The notes: generated from the letters alone by a model not told the origin. DNA of 64,000 nt from Eledone cirrhosa (GCA_964016885.1 OZ024751.1:14384001-14448000); one strand, 5' to 3'; counted from the first letter of the stretch, positions 25,376 to 39,661 are shown. Translations and numbers: made by a program.

Positions 25376-28300
25376 ATACCATATTTTATCTGTAAGTATA
25401 TCTAATGTATGTCTGTTTGTACCATATTTTATCTGTAAATATATCCAATGTCTGTTTGTACCATATTTTATCTGTAAATATATCCAATGTCTGTTTGTAC
25501 CATATTTTATCTGTAAATATATCCAATGTCTGTTTGTACCATATTTTATCTGTAAATATATCCAATGTCTGTTTGTACCATATTTTATCTGTGAGTATAT
25601 CCAATGTTTGTCTGTTTGTACTATATTTTATCAGTAAGTATATCCAATGTTTGTCTGTTTATATCATATTTTATCTATGAGTATATCCAATGTTTGTCTG
25701 TTTGTACCATATTTTATCTATGAGTATATCTAATGTATGTCTGTTTATACCATATTTTATCTATGAGTATATCTAATGTATGTCTGTTTATACCATATTT
25801 TATCTGTGGGTATATCTAATGTATGTCTGTTTGTACCATATTTTATCTGTGAGTATATCTAATGTATGTCTGTTTATACCATATTTTATCTATGAGTATA
25901 TCTAATGTATGTCTGTTTATACCATATTTTATCTGTGAGTATATCTAATGTATGTCTGTTTGTACCATATTTTATCTGTGAGTATATCTAATGTATGTCT
26001 GTTTGTACCATATTTTATCTATGAGTATATCTAATGTATGTCTGTTTATACCATATTTTATCTATGAGTATATCTAATGTATGTCTGTTTGTACCATATT
26101 TTATCTATGAGTATATCTAATGTATGTCTGTTTATACCATATTTTATCTATGAGTATATCTAATGTATGTCTGTTTGTACCATATTTTATCTGTGAGTAT
26201 ATCTAATGTATGTCTGTTTATACCATATTTTATCTGTGAGTATATCTAATGTATGTCTGTTTGTACCATATTTTATCTGTGAGTATATCTAATGTATGTC
26301 TGTTTGTACCATATTTTATCTATGAGTATATCTAATGTATGTCTGTTTATACCATATTTTATCTATGAGTATATCTAATGTATGTCTGTTTATACCATAT
26401 TTTATCTATGAGTATATCTAATGTATGTCTGTTTGTACCATATTTTATCTGAGTATATCTAATGTATGTCTGTTTGTACCATATTTTATCTATGAGTATA
26501 TCTAATGTATGTCTGTTTGTACCATATTTTATCTGAGTATATCTAATGTATGTCTGTTTGTACCATATTTTATCTATGGGTATATCTAATGTATGTCTGT
26601 TTGTACCATGTTTTATCTGTGAGTATATCTAATGTATGTCTGTTTCTACCATATTTTATCTGTGAGTATATCTAATGTATGTCTGTTTCTACCATATTTT
26701 ATCTGTGAGTATATCTAATGTATGTCTGTTTATACCATATTTTATCTGTGAGTATATCTAATGTATGTCTGTTTGTACCATATTTTATCTGTGAGTATAT
26801 CTAATGTATGTCTGTTTGTACCATATTTTATCTATGAGTATATCTAATGTATGTCTGTTTATACCATATTTTATCTATGAGTATATCTAATGTATGTCTG
26901 TTTATACCATATTTTATCTATGAGTATATCTAATGTATGTCTGTTTGTACCATATTTTATCTGAGTATATCTAATGTATGTCTGTTTGTACCATATTTTA
27001 TCTATGAGTATATCTAATGTATGTCTGTTTGTACCATATTTTATCTGAGTATATCTAATGTATGTCTGTTTGTACCATATTTTATCTATGGGTATATCTA
27101 ATGTATGTCTGTTTGTACCATGTTTTATCTGTGAGTATATCTAATGTATGTCTGTTTCTACCATATTTTATCTGTGAGTATATCTAATGTATGTCTGTTT
27201 CAACCATATTTTATCTATGAGTATATCTAATGTATGTCTGTTTATACCATATTTTATCTGTGAGTATATCTAATGTATGTCTGTTTATACCATATTTTAT
27301 CTGTGAGTATATCTAATGTATGTCTGTTTGTACCATATTTTATCTGTGAGTATATCTAATGTATGTCTGTTTATACCATATTTTATCTGTGAGTATATCT
27401 AATGTATGTCTGTTTGTACCATATTTTATCTGTGAGTATATCTAATGTATGTCTGTTTGTACCATATTTTATCTGAGTATATCTAATGTATGTCTGTTTG
27501 TACCATATTTTATCTGTGAGTATATCTAATGTATGTCTGTTTGTACCATATTTTATCTGAGTATATCTAATGTATGTCTGTTTATACCATATTTTATCTA
27601 TGAGTATATCTAATGTATGTCTGTTTATACCATATTTTATCTATGAGTATATCTAATGTATGTGTTTATACCATATTTTATCTGTGAGTATATCTAATGT
27701 ATGTCTGTTTGTACCATATTTTATCTGTGAGTATATCTAATGTATGTCTGTTTGTACCATATTTTATCTGTGAGTATATCTAATGTATGTCTGTTTGTAC
27801 CATATTTTATCTGTGAGTATATCTAATGTATGTCTGTTTGTACCATATTTTATCTATGAGTATATCTAATGTATGTCTGTTTGTACCATATTTTATCTGT
27901 GAGTATATCTAATGTATGTCTGTTTGTACCATGTTTTATCTATGAGTATATCTAATGTATGTCTGTTTGTACCATATTTTATCTGTGAGTATATCTAATG
28001 TATGTCTGTTTGTACCATATTTTATCTATGAGTATATCTAATGTATGTCTGTTTGTACCATATTTTATCTGTGAGTATATCTAATGTATGTCTGTTTGTA
28101 CCATATTTTATCTATGAGTATATTTAATGTATGTCTGTTTATACCATATTTTATCTGTGAGTATATCTAATGTATGTCTGTACCATATTTTATCTATGAG
28201 TATATCTAATGTATGTCTGTTTGTACCATGTTTTATCTGTGAGTATATCTAATGTATGTCTGTTTGTACCATATTTTATCTATGAGTATATCTAATGTAT

Positions 28301-28405
28301 GTCTGTTTGTACCATGTTTTATCTGTGAGTATATCTAATGTATGTCTGTTTGTACCATATTTTATCTGTAAGTATATCCAATGTCTGTTTGTACCATATT
28401 TTATT
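25376..28405. repeat. 3 kb tandem array, 43 bp unit (39 and 41 bp variants)
   Basis: Unit GTACCATATTTTATCTGTGAGTATATCTAATGTATGTCTGTTT. Confidence 0.98.
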
Positions 28406-29094
28406 TCTGGGTCTACTGTAATGCTGAGGTAGAAGGGAACTGAATAAATTGAGAAGTATATGGGGTGTATGTTTGTACTATATTGTATTTGTGGGTACCC
28501 TGTAATGTTGAGGTAGAAGGGAGCTGAAAAATTGGGAAATATACAGTCTGAATCAGGTATTAAATTAAAGGTATTCATCACCATTTAACATCCGTTCTTC
28601 CATGCTGGTATTGGTTGGATGGGTTGTCACAGACCAATTCAGTATTTAATTGGGAATTATGTCTTGTTTACATACATTCCAGATTTGGTATTCTTTCTAC
28701 ACTTCCTATCACCAAACACTTTACAATTTCTGTCTATTTTCCACACATGCATGGATGAAACAGGTTGTCAGTGTCTAAGTAACAGCTCATACATTCCACA
28801 TTTTGTTATACATTACATGTCTTGTTCATACATTCCACATTTTGTACATACATTCCATGTCTTGTTCATACATTCCACATTTTGTACATACATTCCACAT
28901 GTTCATACATGCCACATTTTGTTCATACATTCCAGTTATGGCATACTTTCTACAGCTGGATACTCTTCTTAATGCAGAGAGAGAGAAAGAGAGAGAGAGA
29001 TGAAGAAATTAACCAAATGGCAGGAGACCCATCCATGAGCTCAGCTGGTCTCGGTTGGAGACAGTTGCTTATGACATGATCCACAGGAGACCTT

Positions 29095-29420
29095 AGGTGA
29101 ATTAAGGACAGAAAGTTGAGCTCAGGTGAATTAAGGACAAAAAGTTGAGCTCAGGTGAATTAAGGACAAAAAGTTGAGCTCAGGTGAATTAAGGACAAAG
29201 TTGAGCTCAGGTGAATTAAGGACATAAAGTTGAGCTCAGGTGAATTAAGGACATAAAGTTGAGCTCAGGTGAATTAAGGACATAAAGTTGAGCTCAGGTG
29301 AATTAAGGACATAAAGTTGAGCTCAGGTGAATTAAGGACATAAAGTTGAGCTCAGGTGAATTAAGGACATAAAGTTGAGCTCAGGTGAATTAAGGACAAA
29401 GTTGAGCTCAGGTGAATTAA
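29095..29420. repeat. 29 bp minisatellite
   Basis: (GAGCTCAGGTGAATTAAGGACATAAAGTT)n, about 11 copies. Confidence 0.95.
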
Positions 29421-30505
29421 GAGCCTAGAACAGAGAGGGACAGAACAAATAGCAAGGTAGTTAATCTAACATTCTACCAACTCTTAATATATTGGTTATG
29501 TGTGTATATTTAGACAGAGTGGTCATGGTTAGAAAGGCCTTTGATCATAGGTCTACTGTGAGAGAGGGGTGAGAGAGAAAGAGATGGTGAGTGAGAGGGG
29601 GTGAGAGAGTGAGTGAGTGAGAGAGAGAGAGAGTGAGAGAGAGAGTGAGTGAGTGAGTGAGTGAGTGAGAGAGAGAGAGAGAGAGTGGGAGAGTGAGAGT
29701 GAGAGAGTGGGAGAGTGAGAGAGTGGGAGAGTGAGAGTGAGTGAGTGAGAGAGTGGGAGAGTGAGAGTGAGTGAGTGAGAGAGGGTGAGTGAGTGAGGGT
29801 GAGTGAGTGAGTGAGGGTGAGTGAGTGAGTGAGAGGGTGAGTGAGTGAGAGGGTGAGTGAGTGAGAGGGTTGGTGGGTGGGTGAGAGAGAAGGTGGGTGG
29901 GTGAGAGAGAAGGTGGGTGAGAGAGAGGGTGGGTGGGTGAGTGAGAGAGGGTGGGTGAGTGAGAGAGGGTTGGTGGGTGAGTGAGAGAGGGTTGGTGGGT
30001 GGGTGAGAGGATGAGTGAGTGAGAAAAAGAGAAGCATGAGAGAGAGGAGTGAGTGAGTGAGTGAGCGGCTGAGTGAGAGAGTGAGAGAGGGAAAGAGAGA
30101 GAGGGAAAGAGAGAGAGGGAAAGTGAGAGAGAGGGTGAGTAATAGAGAGAGAGTTGACCCAGGAGTAAACAACATTTAACAATTGGAAGGATATTATTTT
30201 ATTGTCTTGTTCTGGATATGGAAGACAGAAACTATTAACTAAACACACACACACACACAGAATGGCTTACACACACACACACACACAATGGCTTACACAC
30301 ACACACACACACACACACAGAATGGCTTACACACACACACACCCACACACACACGCACACAATGGCTTACACACTCACATACACACACAGAATGGCATAC
30401 ACACACACAATGGCTTACATACACACATACATACACAAAACGACACACACACACAATACCACACAGTATGACATGCACACACAACCACACATATACATAG
30501 AACAG

Positions 30506-30566
<61 letters not shown>

Positions 30567-30748
30567 GTAATATATATATGCATATATATACATATATATG
30601 CATATATATATATATATATATGTATGTATACGTACATTATATATATATATATATGTACATTATATATATCTATATCTATGTATATGTACATTATATATAT
30701 ATATATATATAGACTGCTAAGGTGAGTAATCAAAAAGGAGATAGAGTC

Positions 30749-30790
<42 letters not shown>

Positions 30791-31124
30791 TATATGTGTG
30801 TATGCATGCTAGAGAGAGAGAGGGGAAGAGAGAGAGAGGAAGAGGGAGAATGTATGTGAGAGGAGAGAGGGGGGAATGTATGTGAGAGAGAGAGAGAGAG
30901 AGAGAAAGAGTGAGAGAGATAGGGAGAGAGATAGAGAGACTGATAGAAAGGAAGAGAGGGGCAGTGAGAGCGCGGGTGGGGTGAGGCGATGTTATAGAGT
31001 AGAATAGAATGAGGAGAGTTATGTTGTGTATAGTGAATGGCATGTCAGTTGAAATGGCGTTTGTTTTGTTGTTTAGTTTCAGGTAGAATAAATGGTGGGG
31101 TGGGGGGGTTATAACTGATGTTGG

Positions 31125-31935
31125 AGAAGGAGGAGAAGATGAAGGAGATGAAGGAAAAGAAAAAGGTGGAGAAGAAGAAGGAGATGAAGGAAGGACAAGA
31201 TGAAGGAAAAGAAGGTGAAGAGGTGAAGGAGAAGAAAAAGAAGACAAAGAAAAAGTGAAGAAGTAAAGAAGGTAAAGAAGAAGAAGAAGGCAAAGAAGAA
31301 GAAGGCAAAGAAGAAGAAGGCAAAGAAGAAGGCGAAGAAGAAGAAGGCAAAGAAGAAGACGAAGAAGGCAAAGAAGAAGACAAAGAAGGCAAAGAAGAAG
31401 ACGAAGAAGGCAAAGAAGAAGAAGAAGAAGAAGAAGGCAAAGAAGAAGAAGAAGGCAAAGGAGAGGTGAAGAAGAAGACAAAGAAAAAGTGAAGAAGTAA
31501 AGAAGGCAAAGAAGAAGAAGAAGGAGGCAAAGAAGAAGAAGAAGAAGAAGAAGGCAAAGAAAGAGGCGAAGAAGAAGAAGGCGAAGAAGGAGAGGTGAAG
31601 AAGAAGAAGAAGAAGGCAAAGAAGGAGTGGTGAAGAAGAAGAAGAAGAAGGCAAAGAAGGAGAGGTGAAGAAGAAGAAGAAGAAGAAGGCAAAGAAGGAG
31701 AGGTGAAGAAGAAGAAGGAGAGGTGAAGAAGAAGAAGGCAAAGAAGGAGAGGTGAAGAAGAAGAAGGCAAAGAAGGAGAGGTGAAGAAGAAGGCAAAGAA
31801 GGAGAGGTGAAGAAGAAGAAGAAGAAGAAGAAGGAGAGGTGAAGAAGAAGAAGAAGGAGAGGTGAAGAAGAAGAAGAAGAAGAAGAAGAAGAAGAAGAAG
31901 AAGGCAAAGAAGGAGAGGTGAAGAAGAAGAAGGAA
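31125..31935. repeat. Polypurine (GAA)n compound tract
   Basis: GAA runs punctuated by GGCAAA and GGAGAGGT. Confidence 0.95.
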
Positions 31936-32017
31936 GTACAAGAGCAGACATTCACAGATAAATACACATTGAAATGGAGAGGAAAGAGAACTGTTGGCAA
32001 TGATTGATTTTGTAAAG

Positions 32018-33178
32018 TGTGTGTGTGTGTAGCTCTGGCTATATAGCTGTGTGTGTGTGTGTGTAGCTCTGGCTATATAGCTGTGTGTGTGTGTAGCTCT
32101 GGCTATATAGCTGTGTGTGTGTGTAGCTCTGGCTATATAGCTGTGTGTGTGTGTATGTAGCTCTGGCTATATAGCTGTGTGTGTGTGTGTGTGTGTGTGT
32201 GTAGCTCTGGCTATATAGCTGTGTGTGTGTGTGTGTGTGTGTGTATGTAGCTCTGGCTATATAGCTGTGTGTGTGTGTGTGTGTATGTAGCTCTGGCTAT
32301 ATAGCTGTGTGTGTGTGTATGTAGCTCTGGCTATATAGCTGTGTGTGTGTAGCTCTGGCTATATAGCTGTGTGTGTGTGTGTGTGTAGCTCTGGCTATAT
32401 AGCTGTGTGTGTGTGTGTGTGTGTGTGTAGCTCTGGCTATATAGCTGTGTGTGTATGTGTGTGTGTGTGTAGCTCTGGCTATATAGCTGTGTGTGTGTGT
32501 GTGTGTGTGTAGCTCTGGCTATATAGCTGCGTGTGTGTGTAGCTCTGGCTATATAGCTGTGTGTGTGTAACTCTGGCTATATAGCTGTGTGTGTGTAACT
32601 CTGGCTATATAGCTGTGTGTGTGTAACTCTGGCTATATAGCTGTGTGTGTGTAACTCTGGCTATATAGCTGTGTGTGTGTAACTCTGGCTATATAGCTGT
32701 GTGTGTGTGTGTAACTCTGGCTATATAGCTGTGTGTGTGTAACTGGCTATATAGCTGTGTGTGTGTGTGTAGCTCTGGCTATATAGCTGTGTGTGCGTGT
32801 GTGTGTAGCTCTGGCTATATAGCTGTGTGTGTGTAACTCTGGCTATATAGCTGTGTGTGTGTGTGTAACTCTGGCTATATAGCTGTGTGTGTGTAACTCT
32901 GGCTATATAGCTGTGTGTGTGTAACTCTGGCTATATAGCTGTGTGTGTGTAACTCTGGCTATATAGCTGTGTGTGTGTAACTCTGGCTATATAGCTGTGT
33001 GTGTGTGTGTGTAGCTCTGGCTATACAGCTGTGTGTGCGTGTGTGTGTGTAGCTCTGGCTATATAGCTGTGTGTGCGTGTGTGTGTGTAACTCTGGCTAT
33101 ATAGCTGTGTGTGTATGTGTGTGTGTGTGTAGCTCTGGCTATATAACTGTGTGTGTGTGTGTAGCTCTGGCTATATAG

Positions 33179-33214
<36 letters not shown>

Positions 33215-33555
33215 CTCTGGCTATATAGCTGTGTGTTTGTGTGTGTAGCTCTGGCTATATAGCTGTGTGTGTGTGTATAGCTCTGGCTATATAGCTGTGT
33301 GTTTGTGTGTGTGTATGTAGCTCTGGCTATATAGCTGTGTGTGTGCATGTGTGTGTGTGTGTAGCTCTGGCTATATAGCTGTGTGTGTGTGTTTGTGTGT
33401 GTGTGGCTCTGGCTATATAGCTGTGTGTGTGTGTTTGTGTGTGTTTGTGTGTGTGTGTGTGTGTGTAGGTCTGGCTACATAGCTGTGTGTGTAGGTCTGG
33501 CTACATAGCTGTGTGTGTGTGTGTGTGTATGTATGTGTAGCTCTGGCTATATAGC

Positions 33556-33608
<53 letters not shown>

Positions 33609-33633
33609 CTCTGGCTATATAGCTCTGTGTGTG

Positions 33634-33688
<55 letters not shown>

Positions 33689-33756
33689 CTCTGGCTACAT
33701 AGTTGTGTGTGTGTGTGTGTGGATGTGTGTGTGTGTATGTAGCTCTGGCTACATCG

Positions 33757-33792
<36 letters not shown>

Positions 33793-33855
33793 CTGTGTGT
33801 GTAGCTCTGGCTACATAGATGCGTGTATGTGTGTAGCTCTGGCTCTATAGCTGTA
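32018..33855. repeat. Compound array: constant TAGCTCTGGCTATATAGC plus variable (TG)n
   Basis: About 50 copies of an 18 bp motif separated by (TG)n of variable length. Confidence 0.95.
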
Positions 33856-34047
33856 TGTGTGTGTGTGAGAATGTGTGTGTGTGTGAGCATATGTATGTGA
33901 GTATGTTGTGTTTGTATGTGTAAATGAGTGTTTATATATGTTTTATGTGTGTGTATATATGTGTGTGTATATGTGTGTGTATATATGTGTGTGTATATGT
34001 GTGTGTGTATATGTGTGTTTATATGTGTGTTTATATGCGTGTGTGTT

Positions 34048-34082
<35 letters not shown>

Positions 34083-35019
34083 TTATATATATGTGTGTGT
34101 GTGTGTGTTTATATATGCGTGTGTGTGTTTATATGTGTGTGAGAGTGTATGTTTATGTGTGTATGTGCATGTGTCTTATGGAAGGAATGTTCTATAGAAA
34201 ACAGTTGAAGTGATGGTCAGACAGTAAAATTGTAATTTATGAGAGAGAGAATAAATGTTTGTGTGAGAGAGAGGGGCTGGGAGAGGATAAATATATGTTT
34301 GTGTTAGAGAGGGAGAGAGAATAAATATATGTTTGTGTTAGAGAGGGGGGAGAGAGGTTAAATAAATGTTTGTGGGAGAGTGGGGGGAGAGAGAGAGGAT
34401 AAATATATGTTTGTGTTAGAGAGAGGGGGGAGAGGATAAATATACGTTTGTGTTAGAGGGGGGGGGGAGAGGATAAATATATGTTTGTGTTAGAGAGAGG
34501 AGGAGAGAGGATAAATATGTTTGTGTGAGAGAGAAAGAGAGAGTATGAATATATGCCAGTGTAAGAGTAAGAGAGAGAGAGAGAATAAATATATGCCTGT
34601 ATAAGAGAGATAGAGAGAGAGTGTATGAATATATGCCAGTGTAAGAGAGAGAGAGAGAGAATAAATATATATCATTAAGATGATCTAACACAAACTGATG
34701 ATCATCATCATTGCACTAACAAACTACAATTTATTTTACACCAACTCCACCAACTTCTATCTACCTATCTGTTTCTCACTCTTTATATATATACAAGTGG
34801 ATCTTAGTAAAATCGAAGCTTTGGTCTGTGGCCAAGCAAAGCCGACCTACAATAAGGAATGAATAGCAAAGCACTCAATAAGGGTAGGTCCTTAGAGTAA
34901 TAACATTACGTTTAAAAGCTTGACAAATTGAAAATTGCGGTAGGCAAAACCCAACCATACAATACCAAAAACAACGAAAGAACTAATCAGGTAAAACAAC
35001 ACATATATATATATATATA

Positions 35020-35350
35020 TATCATCATCATACATCCGCTTTTCCCTGCTTGCAAGGGTGGGACGGGAACTGATTCTGGCTTGATTTCTACAGCTGGATG
35101 CCCTTCCTAACACCAACCTCATTTACAGTGAGTGGTGGGTGCTTTTTTGCCGTGGCACCTCCACGACCACTTTGCAGTGGAATGATAGGGACCCCAGTCC
35201 CTATCGTCTCATTTCTACAGCTGACTAAACTGGAGCAATGTGAAATAAAGTGTCTTGCTCAAGGAAACAACACATCACCCGGTCTGAGAATTGAACTCAC
35301 AACCTTTCGATTGCAAGGCCAATGCTCTAACCACTAAGCCATGTGCCTCC
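35020..35350 (-). mobile_element. SINE family B, full length
   Basis: Near-identical to 19444-19773; inserted in (TA)n. Confidence 0.85.
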
Positions 35351-35490
<140 letters not shown>

Positions 35491-35509
35491 GGCCGTGACT
35501 TCTGGTAAC

Positions 35510-35990
35510 CCAGCACTCACTGTAAATGAGGTTGGTGTTAGGAAGGGCATCCAGCTGTAGAAATCAAGCCAAATCAGTTTCTGTATGAGCAAGGTATGGT
35601 CAGCCAACCAGACACTGCCCACAACAGGACAACCCGTCTAACCCATGCTAGCGTGGAAGAACGGATGTAAAACGGTGATGATGATGATGATATATAATCA
35701 TCATCATCGTTTAACGTCTATCTTCCACGCTAGCATGGGTTAGACGAGAATTGTCCCACTTGAGGCAAGATTGATCGGGTGACCATGTCTCATTCATATA
35801 GGACTATCTGGCAGGTTTTATATGGCTGGATGCTCTTCCTAACACCAACCACATTTACAGTGTGGACTGGGACTCTTTTTACCGTGTCTCCTACACGACC
35901 ACTGTACAGTGTGGACTGGGTGCTTTATGTCGTAACACCTTACAGTGTGAACTGGATGTTCTGTGGTACCAACATAACTTTACAAAGGGT
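35510..35990. mobile_element. Tail-to-tail pair of family B-related SINE 3' fragments
   Basis: TTAGGAAGGGCATCCAGCTG body and CCCATGCTAGCGTGGAA..(ATG)n tail on + (35510-35690) and - (35700-35990). Confidence 0.7.
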
Positions 35991-36104
35991 GGTGTGGGTG
36001 GAAGTGGGAAGATGGAGTAGGGGTAGTAGGTTGGAGTGTATATTTGGTTAAGAGGTGCCTACTGACTGTAGGTTTAACTTCGTACGTAAGGGAAGGTGGG
36101 TCTT

Positions 36105-36380
36105 CTATATTACTGTGTAGCACCAAAGGCCTCGATCCAATGACATTGTCTTAGAGAGGTGTAACTGTGCAAGGTCAGATGTTATCATATCATCCCAGCT
36201 TTTTATGGGTCTACCTACTGGGTCTACTCCATCAATTTTCATCGCCCTGCACTTTATACAGCTGTCATCTTTCATGTGCATCACATGACCATACCAACGT
36301 AATCTCCTCTCAAGAAAGCTGCATCTGATCCCTCTTATTCCTAATTTCTCATTTAGTTCGTTTATGTTTTGCCGTTCGTT
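36105..36380 (-). pseudogene. RTE LINE C-terminal fragment (different subfamily)
   Basis: ELNEKLGIRGI..LERRLRWYGHVMHM..GRPIKSWDDMITSDL..DRGLW. Confidence 0.8.
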
Positions 36381-36414
36381 GCCAAGTGATAAGGGTGTTG
36401 GATTTACAATTGTA

Positions 36415-36598
36415 ATGTTGTTGGTTTGATTCCTGGACTGGGTTGTGTGTTGTGTTCTTGAGCAAAACACTTCATTTCATGTTGCTCCAGTATACTCAGC
36501 TGAAATGAGTACCAGCAATAGCTGGGGGTTTAACCCTGTTATGGAATGGCGTCCTGTCCAGTGGGGAGTCTTTTACTCTCAGTCACTTCACGCCATGA
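36415..36598 (+). mobile_element. CORE-like SINE fragment
   Basis: GGTTTGATTCC B-box-like motif followed by TTCTTGAGCAAAACACTT..GTTGCTCCAG..CTCAGCTG. Confidence 0.6.
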
Positions 36599-36599
36599 G

Positions 36600-36699
36600 G
36601 CTGGGATAAGTACTGGCTCAATGCGCTGGGATAAGTACTGGCTCAATGCGCTGGGATAAGTACTGGCTCAATGCGCTGGGATAAGTACTGGCTCAATGC
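36600..36699. repeat. 25 bp tandem x4
   Basis: GCTGGGATAAGTACTGGCTCAATGC. Confidence 0.9.
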
Positions 36700-36732
36700 A
36701 CACGAGAGGATATATATATATATATATAACAC

Positions 36733-36925
36733 ATTTAATATAGAAATGGCTTCTGCAGGACTAGAACTGTTTCATGAAATCATCAGGAAAACCCTGATAA
36801 TTTCCTTTGAATGAAACAGTTCTAGTCCTGTAGAAGCCATTTCCATATTAAATTTGTTGTATACACTCTACTAAAGTATTGAGTACCTTACTTACTGTGG
36901 TTACCCCCGATTGAACCCAGGACTC
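36733..36925. mobile_element. Palindromic element family H, copy 3
   Basis: ATTTAATATAGAAATGGCTTC..GAAGCCATTTCCATATTAAAT fold-back followed by ACTCTACTAAAGTATTGAGTAC tail. Confidence 0.6.
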
Positions 36926-36949
36926 ACACACACACACATATATATATAT

Positions 36950-37150
36950 CAGGATGGATTCAGTTTGAAACTGGTTTGAACTGGTTACTCAACAGAGTAC
37001 TCAATACTTGGAGTAGTAGAGTATGGTTATATTTTAAAGAGTCAGGACCCTACAGCTGAGCTTTTGCCGTTTCAACAGCTAGTTCTAGACTCTGGAACTA
37101 GCTGTTGAAATGGCAAGAGCTCAGCTGTAGGGTCCTGACTCTTTATAATA
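36950..37150. mobile_element. Fold-back element related to family I
   Basis: Near-perfect ~120 bp palindrome at 37030-37150. The left flank GAGTACTCAATACTT..AGTAGAGT is the reverse complement of the shared tail. Confidence 0.55.
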
Positions 37151-37239
37151 TATATATATATATAGCCATCTTTCAATCACTGTCACATTCTCTCTCTCCC
37201 TTTCTTTCATCTATTTATCTACCTATATATATTTATCTA

Positions 37240-37301
<62 letters not shown>

Positions 37302-37304
37302 TAT

Positions 37305-37690
37305 CATTATCATCGTTTAACATCCATTTTCCATGCTAGCATGGGTTAGACGAGTTGCCCCATTGTGTGACAAGCCAGGTCAGATGACCATGTCTTGCTC
37401 ATATAGGACTGGTTTTGGCTTGGTTTCTACAGCTCGATACCCTCCTAAAACCAACCACATTTACAGTGTGGGCTGGGTGTTTTTTGTCGTGTCACCTACA
37501 CGACCACTTTGCAATATGTGCTGGGGGATTTTTGTCGTGACACCAACAAGACCACTTCACAGTCTGGGCTGGGCGCTTTTTTGTGGTGACACCTACATGA
37601 CCACTTTACAGTGTGGGCTGGGAGCTTTTTATCCTGTCACTTACACAACCACTTTACAATATGGGCTGGGCGCTTTTGTCATGTCGCCAT
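37305..37690 (-). mobile_element. B-related SINE with a tandemly amplified internal module
   Basis: RTE-type tail at 37305-37350 and about 5 copies of ACCACTTTACAGTGTGGGCTGGG..TTTTGTCGTG. Confidence 0.65.
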
Positions 37691-38059
37691 CTCTAACTGT
37701 CTTTTAGTCTATTTGTCATACATCTATATACATAATCATCATCAAACGTCCACTTTTCATACTGGCATGGGCTGGACAAGTTGTTATTGTCCAAGACTAG
37801 GGAAACAGAGAACCAAGTCTTGCTCATAGGTTCCTTATATATACATCATCATTTAACATCCACTTTCCTTGTAACCAAGGACTGGACGGGTCTTAACCCT
37901 TTAGCATTTAACCAGCCGTATACAGCCAGAATTCTGTCACCTCTTTCTGTTCAAACCGACTGTAACTGGCCGCTTATACCAATGTTAAGGTATTGTTCTC
38001 AAAATAAATATCAAAATCTTGTAGATTCAATATGACAGGTAAAGCCTTTACCGTTAAAA

Positions 38060-38379
38060 TACAATAGTAAATATAGAGTAATGTAAATACAAAAGGGTCA
38101 AGAGACCAAGTTTGTACTGAAGCAGGGATACTGACCTCCCAGACATGCTGGAGTTTTGCATCTTCCTTACATACGGTTCCACATTCAACAAAGTGCATTC
38201 TATTGTGGTACCAATAGTAGAGAGGTTGTTATGTCTCTGACACATTGGAGGGACCTCCCAAACTTTTGTTTGGCAAGCTTTATTTATTGTATGTAAACTT
38301 CCCCCTTTGTATTTGTTCCCTTCTTTTGTGCCCCTGTGGCTAATAAAGAAACATATCTATCCCTAGCTGAATATGTCTA

Positions 38380-38412
<33 letters not shown>

Positions 38413-38600
38413 GTGTCTATCTATCTACCTGCCTGTCTATATATCTATCTATCTCCCTGTGTAACACCTCCCCCCTATTGGGGATTTCAATTGTTATTTG
38501 TTATTTTATTAATAGTTTTATTTTCATATACCTGTATGTAAACTCCCCATTTGTATTTGTCCCCTTCTTTTGTGCCCTTGTGGCTAATAAAGAAATTTAT
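38060..38600. mobile_element. Probable L1/Tx1-like LINE 3' UTR, duplicated
   Basis: TGTATGTAAAC..TTGTATTTGT.CCCTTCTTTTGTGCCC.TGTGGCTAATAAAGAAA occurs at 38288-38350 and 38534-38594 with an AATAAA signal. Family assignment is by recall only. Confidence 0.4.
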
Positions 38601-39299
38601 CTATCTCTAGCAATAAAAAGCTCACCATTTTTTACTCTGATCTGACTCCAGCTAAAAAGATGAAGTTGTTACAAATAAAACAATAAAAAAAGACTTTTCA
38701 CTCCTTCTTCCTCTTCCTCTCTATCACTTTCTTTGCTTTCTATTTTATCAACCTCTCCCCTCTCACTGTCCTTCATTCTCTCTCTCTCTATTATTTCTAG
38801 TCCTCTCCCTTTCTCTCTTCCCCTCCCCCTAGAGACCAAATAACAGCCACTACTACATAAACCACCAGTGCACACACACACACTTCTACACATACAACAT
38901 TCACCTACACATACAGAGAAACACACACACACTAACAGACACATATACAGACACACACACACACAGAGAAATAGTCGGAAAGACACACACTAACAGACAC
39001 ATATACAGACACACACACACACAGAGAAATAGTCGGAAAGACACACACTAACAGACACATATACAGACACACACTCATACAAACAGTCAGAGACACACAC
39101 ACACACACAGAGAGACACACACAGAGAAATAGTCATACAGACACACACTAAAGGCACACATACAGACACACACTAAAGGCACACATACAGACACACACAT
39201 ACAGACACACACTAAAGGCACACATACAGACACACAGACAGACACATACACAGACAGACAGATCAGTGTTTGGTATAAGAATATCAATGTCTGACAGAA

Positions 39300-39661
39300 G
39301 TGGTGGTGGTGGTGGTGGTGGTAATGGTGGTGGTGGTAATGGTGGTGGTGATGATGGTGGTGATGATGGTGGTTGATGATGTTTGTGGTGGTGTTGGTGG
39401 TGTTGACGGTGGTGGTGATGGTGATGGTGGTGATGGTGGTGGTGGTGGTGGTGGTGGTGATGGCGGTATTGGTAATGGTGTTGAAGGTGGTGGCGGTGGT
39501 GGTGGTGGTGATAGTAGAGGTGATGGTGGTGGTGGTAGAGGTGTTGGTGATGGTGGTGTTGATGGTGTTGGTGGTAGTGTTGATGTTGGTGGTGGTTATG
39601 GTGATGGTGATTGTGGTGGTGTTGGTGATGGTGTTGATGGTGATGGTGTTGATGGCGTTGA
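39300..39661. repeat. Degenerate (GGT/GAT)n
   Basis: Trinucleotide low-complexity tract; similar tract at 3570-3890. Confidence 0.9.

Noticed and set aside
30717-32000. Long Leu/Ser/Phe-rich or Glu/Lys-rich ORFs
   Set aside because: (GAA)n low-complexity tract with frame-breaking interruptions.
32018-33855. CRISPR-like repeat/spacer appearance
   Set aside because: The spacers are only (TG)n, there are no cas genes, and the context is eukaryotic.
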